Below are positions 61,037-64,000 of a DNA stretch of 64,000 nt, piece after piece (the first letter of the stretch is position 1; each line of letters starts with the position of its first letter). The position numbers and the translations under genes were made by a program. The notes beneath the pieces were generated by a model. The model was given only the letters and a program-made list of their open reading frames with translations, was not told the origin of the DNA and did no database searches. The stretch comes from a virus (lineage: Duplodnaviria; Caudoviricetes). The stretch covers positions 25,174 to 89,173 of IMG/VR virus record IMGVR_UViG_3300032038_000045. One strand, given 5' to 3'.

Positions 61037-61504
61037 TTATTGAAGATTATTAAACAATAATTCAGCAGTTTCTCTACTATATTTATTAAATAGTAATCTC
61101 CAACGACCATTAACTTTTTCAGCAAATATTACAGGTTTAATATTTGTAAAATCATATTTTAAACCTTGTGCAGCAAATTTATTGGATAAGAATTTATCAT
61201 CTATATCTTCATAGAATTTTTGTATTATTTTATTATCATCTTGATTAGTATCAACATATAGCCCAACACCAGTATTTATATATTGCAGTGCGTCATCGGC
61301 GATATTAGTTATATATGCTAAACTTATAAATACTTTTCTAATTCTATGTTTATCTTCTTCATAGAAATTAGTATTATTGCAACCGTTATTATAAAATTTA
61401 ATTTCTCTTGAATAATTGCATATACAAGTTAAATTTCCAAAACTTAAAGCATGAGCACATTTAACACAAGTTAATGTTCTTTCTTTAACATTAAAATCAA
61501 ACAT
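61037..61504 (-). CDS. hypothetical protein with Cys cluster (CxxC...CxC...C)
   Basis: CVKCAH...CICNY...GC, possible Zn binding. Confidence 0.55.
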   Translation of the reverse strand: MFDFNVKERTLTCVKCAHALSFGNLTCICNYSREIKFYNNGCNNTNFYEEDKHRIRKVFISLAYITNIADDALQYINTGVGLYVDTNQDDNKIIQKFYEDIDDKFLSNKFAAQGLKYDFTNIKPVIFAEKVNGRWRLLFNKYSRETAELLFNNLQ

Positions 61505-61778
61505 TGTTTTGGTTCATTAAGTTTACTATTTTATAAAATTCTTCTTTTGCATCTTTAGAACTTTCACAATATATAGCAATATTTAATCCACCTTCCATAT
61601 TTACAAAAATACAATCTGGTTCTATTAAATTTTCTTTATCAAAAACATCATCTTTTTCTATATGTCCACCATCAGATTGCTTTTTTAATAAACTATTATG
61701 AATTAATCCACAATGAATAATCTTTGAAATTCTAATAGCAGTTCTTGAATTTTTAGAAACATAAATTGCGTCTTTCAT
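61497..61778 (-). CDS. hypothetical protein
   Basis: 93-aa ORF starting directly after the 120-bp element. Confidence 0.6.
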   Translation of the reverse strand: MKDAIYVSKNSRTAIRISKIIHCGLIHNSLLKKQSDGGHIEKDDVFDKENLIEPDCIFVNMEGGLNIAIYCESSKDAKEEFYKIVNLMNQNNV

Positions 61779-61900
61779 ATTTGCTAATATTTTTTAAATT
61801 TTATACGATTTTAAGCCTTCTGAGGCACTTTCATTTTTCAGACGATAAATTGTGTAGCTTTGATATTATAATGCAACAGACGCAGAAATGGATAGCAAAG
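61779..61900 (-). repeat. ~120-bp intergenic element, copy B
   Basis: CTTTGCTATCC...ACAATTTATCGTCT...CAGAAGGCTTAA...AAAATATTAGCAAAT. Confidence 0.85.
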
Positions 61901-61908
61901 CGGACAAG

Positions 61909-61951
61909 TAAATAAAATAAAATCCGGCGAGTTTCACAACTGACCGGATTT
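61909..61951 (-). terminator. intrinsic terminator
   Basis: AAATCCGG/CCGGATTT outer stem, AGTT-GTGA-AACT inner hairpin, U-rich tail on - strand. Confidence 0.75.
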
Positions 61952-62083
61952 CTTGTCGTATTAACAAATGGAAAACATACAACTCTAACTATTGCAACAC
62001 CTATATTATATGCGCGAAAGTGTATTGTTAATATATGAAAAGTTACAGTATATTTATGGTATTGCTGTTAATACGACAATATG

Positions 62084-62154
62084 TTGAAATATCAGGATTC
62101 GAACCTGAACTGACAGAACCAAAATCTGTAGTGCTACCATTACACCATATTTCA
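62084..62154 (-). tRNA. tRNA-Gln(TTG)
   Basis: TGAAATA/TATTTCA acceptor stem, ACAGA-TTTTGGT-TCTGT anticodon arm, GGTTCGAATCC T-arm; no encoded CCA. Confidence 0.88.
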
Positions 62155-62307
62155 ATAACTTTTTCAATGAAATCACCTGTTGATTTTTCTTCAACAATAG
62201 TGTAACATCGTGAACGATAAAATCGCTATCACTCCTTGCTGCAACAAGGGTTCCTTTATAATCTATATGAATTGCAGTTCATATAAATCTTATAGAACGT
62301 ATTTTAT

Positions 62308-62679
62308 CTATTTCTTTTTATAGTTTAAATATCTTTCTTCTTTAAGATATTCATTATTATGTTCAATTTGAGCATTGGCAAATAATTCAAAAGCTTCAAG
62401 AGCTTCTACATCTTTGAGAAGGTAATTAATACTTTCTCTTGCTGTTTTAGCAATATGTTTATGAAGCTTTAATTCAGCTTTAGCTAAAGCAATTCTTTTG
62501 CCAACTTCAAAATCAAATTTGTCATCGTCATTACATTTAGCTATTCCTATAAACTCTTCTCTTTCAACTTCTTCTCCACGATTATCAACAATAGTAGTCA
62601 TAAGTTTACAAGTAACTTTCTTTTTGTCAACTACATAAGTTGGTTCTTGATAGCAAGCTTTAAATTTAGATGTTTTCAT
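62308..62679 (-). CDS. hypothetical phage protein
   Basis: 123 aa; FIGIAKCNDDDKFDFEVGKRIALAKA. Confidence 0.7.
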   Translation of the reverse strand: MKTSKFKACYQEPTYVVDKKKVTCKLMTTIVDNRGEEVEREEFIGIAKCNDDDKFDFEVGKRIALAKAELKLHKHIAKTARESINYLLKDVEALEAFELFANAQIEHNNEYLKEERYLNYKKK

Positions 62680-62705
62680 TTTATTAAAAGTTAAATTATT
62701 AGTTG

Positions 62706-62777
62706 TAGTGGGTAGGAGAATCGAACTCCTATTGCAGGAATGAAAATCCTGAGTACTAACCGTTATACGAACCCACC
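62706..62777 (-). tRNA. tRNA-Glu(TTC)
   Basis: GGTGGGT/ACCCACT acceptor stem, CAGGA-TTTTCAT-TCCTG anticodon arm, GTTCGATTC T-loop. Confidence 0.93.
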
Positions 62778-62789
62778 TTTAAACCTTAA

Positions 62790-62972
62790 TTAAAACTGGT
62801 TTGGAACAAAGGTTTTATCTATTTTATTATAATCTTCTTCTTTAATGATTTTATGAGTTTTACGATAAACTTTATCGTTTCCATTATAAAGTTCTAAACA
62901 TTTATCATAAGGAAGAAAATCAGTAACTTTCTTTTTATCGTATCTTTTAATGATACAAAATAATTTAGCCAT
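62790..62972 (-). CDS. small hypothetical protein
   Basis: 60-aa ORF. Confidence 0.5.
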   Translation of the reverse strand: MAKLFCIIKRYDKKKVTDFLPYDKCLELYNGNDKVYRKTHKIIKEEDYNKIDKTFVPNQF

Positions 62973-63165
62973 TTTTCTTTAAATCTTTAAAAATTCCATA
63001 AGCTCCAAGATTAAAAAGAAGCAAAGGGACAAAAATTATAATATCACTTAGAATAAGGTCTGCTACATGAATAAGATTAGGAGCAAATATATTATAAATT
63101 ATAAACAGAATATCAAGAAGTATTACAAATGTAATAATTGCTATAGATTTAGTATCAGTTTTCAT
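62965..63165 (-). CDS. small membrane protein (2 TM)
   Basis: Two hydrophobic segments. Confidence 0.55.
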   Translation of the reverse strand: MKTDTKSIAIITFVILLDILFIIYNIFAPNLIHVADLILSDIIIFVPLLLFNLGAYGIFKDLKKNG

Positions 63166-63166
63166 A

Positions 63167-63358
63167 CTATTTTTTGATTTTGTTTATAATCCAAAATAAC
63201 CATTTGACATCCATAATTATAGCACATATTACAAACGCAACAAATACTATAATTAACCAATGAGGCTCTATGTTTATATTCTTAACTAAAAAGAATATAG
63301 ATAGCACATTGAATAAAATCAATGTTAAAGTTCCTAATACTTCTTGTAATTTATTCAT
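63167..63358 (-). CDS. small membrane protein (2 TM)
   Basis: Two hydrophobic segments. Confidence 0.55.
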   Translation of the reverse strand: MNKLQEVLGTLTLILFNVLSIFFLVKNINIEPHWLIIVFVAFVICAIIMDVKWLFWIINKIKK

Positions 63359-63579
63359 AATTTAATTATTAATAAAATTAATAATATTTGAAATAATTGA
63401 CCAACTAATCCACCTAAAATAGTAGCAAGCCAATCCTTCCAATCCCAAATACCACCTTTAAGCTTATCTTTATATTCCATTCCACTTGCAACACCGAGTA
63501 CACATAAAATTGTAAATATAAAACCTATTGGAATAGCATAAAGAAAATGCTTATCTCTATTAGATTCTCTCAACCACAT
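63355..63579 (-). CDS. small membrane protein (DKH...E.KD...WDW.D.LAT.LGG family)
   Basis: Hydrophobic helices with this recurrent phage membrane-protein motif. Confidence 0.6.
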   Translation of the reverse strand: MWLRESNRDKHFLYAIPIGFIFTILCVLGVASGMEYKDKLKGGIWDWKDWLATILGGLVGQLFQILLILLIIKL

Positions 63580-63812
63580 TAATCTTTTTTATTAAGATAA
63601 TAAGATTCAATAAAATAGGCGATGATAATCATCACTAAACTAAGAAGTAACATAGTATTATTTACTACTATATTTTTTAACAGTTCTTGCAAGAGCTTTT
63701 CCGATAATAACACAGACAGCAATTACAATCATAACAGCTGCACCAGCAGCAGAATCAGCAGAAAGAACGGGAATCATAATTTTAATAATTTAAAGAATAG
63801 TATTTTTATTAG

Positions 63813-63897
63813 TACCTCGGGTGGGACTCGAACCCACACGACCATTTCTGGTCAAAGGATTTTAAGTCCTTTGTGTCTACCATTTCACCACCGAGGC
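63813..63897 (-). tRNA. tRNA-Leu(TAA)
   Basis: GCCTCGG/CCGAGGT acceptor stem, AAGGA-CTTAAAA-TCCTT anticodon arm, long variable arm, GGTTCGAGTCC T-arm. Confidence 0.95.
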
Positions 63898-64000
63898 AAA
63901 CATATTATTTTATAATATCTTTTTTAACATTTTTTAACATATGTATCTTTTTTAATATATCCAATAGTTTCACCAAATGTTACACTTTTCAAATTATCTT

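Noticed and set aside
62160-62300. Protein-like reading frames or ncRNA between tRNA-Gln and the 62308 gene
   Set aside because: No usable start codon, frames run through the tRNA, and no convincing structure was found
83-63897. Stop-codon reassignment or suppressor tRNA, as in some crAss clades
   Set aside because: Genes up to 4405 aa are intact under code 11, TAG ends real genes (6248, 10964, 15336, 15870), and no suppressor anticodon was found
495-63915. Many short opposite-strand or alternate-frame ORFs in the track (e.g. 495-734, 10374-10823, 16458-16850, 41620-41973, 63622-63915)
   Set aside because: They are nested in long genes or a tRNA and have the Ile/Phe/Ser-rich composition of antisense shadows in AT-rich DNA

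Overview
A 64-kb segment of an AT-rich (~28-30% GC by eye) crAss-like phage (Crassvirales) genome, standard genetic code, probable Bacteroidota host. It has two convergent transcription blocks. The + strand (83-41081) carries virion genes: BACON/PEGA fibre proteins, a holin-like gene, a variable paralog array, IHF-like and tail tube/stabilisation proteins, cargo proteins including a GH24 lysozyme, and three giant cargo/virion-RNAP subunits (HExxH zincin; DFDID catalytic motif). The - strand (41323-63897) carries dUTPase, DUF932, Gp157, ThyX, IMPDH/GMPR, ligase, primase, SSB-like, RecT-like, a degenerate SF2 helicase, PolB, an SF1 helicase and three tRNAs. Four patterns are not explained by the gene list. 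(1) A GC-rich hairpin-forming motif YYCCCCGTARRGGRR occurs 23 times as a strict core, about every 2-3 kb, on both strands and in several reading frames. (2) A family of six ~120-bp length-conserved intergenic elements has a 25-bp 3' module found in two opposite orientations. (3) BACON domains are split between consecutive genes, suggesting head-to-tail domain-complementation fibres. (4) A DSRY(E/D) peptide motif recurs in the giant cargo proteins. Family assignments are from motif recognition by eye; no database search was run.
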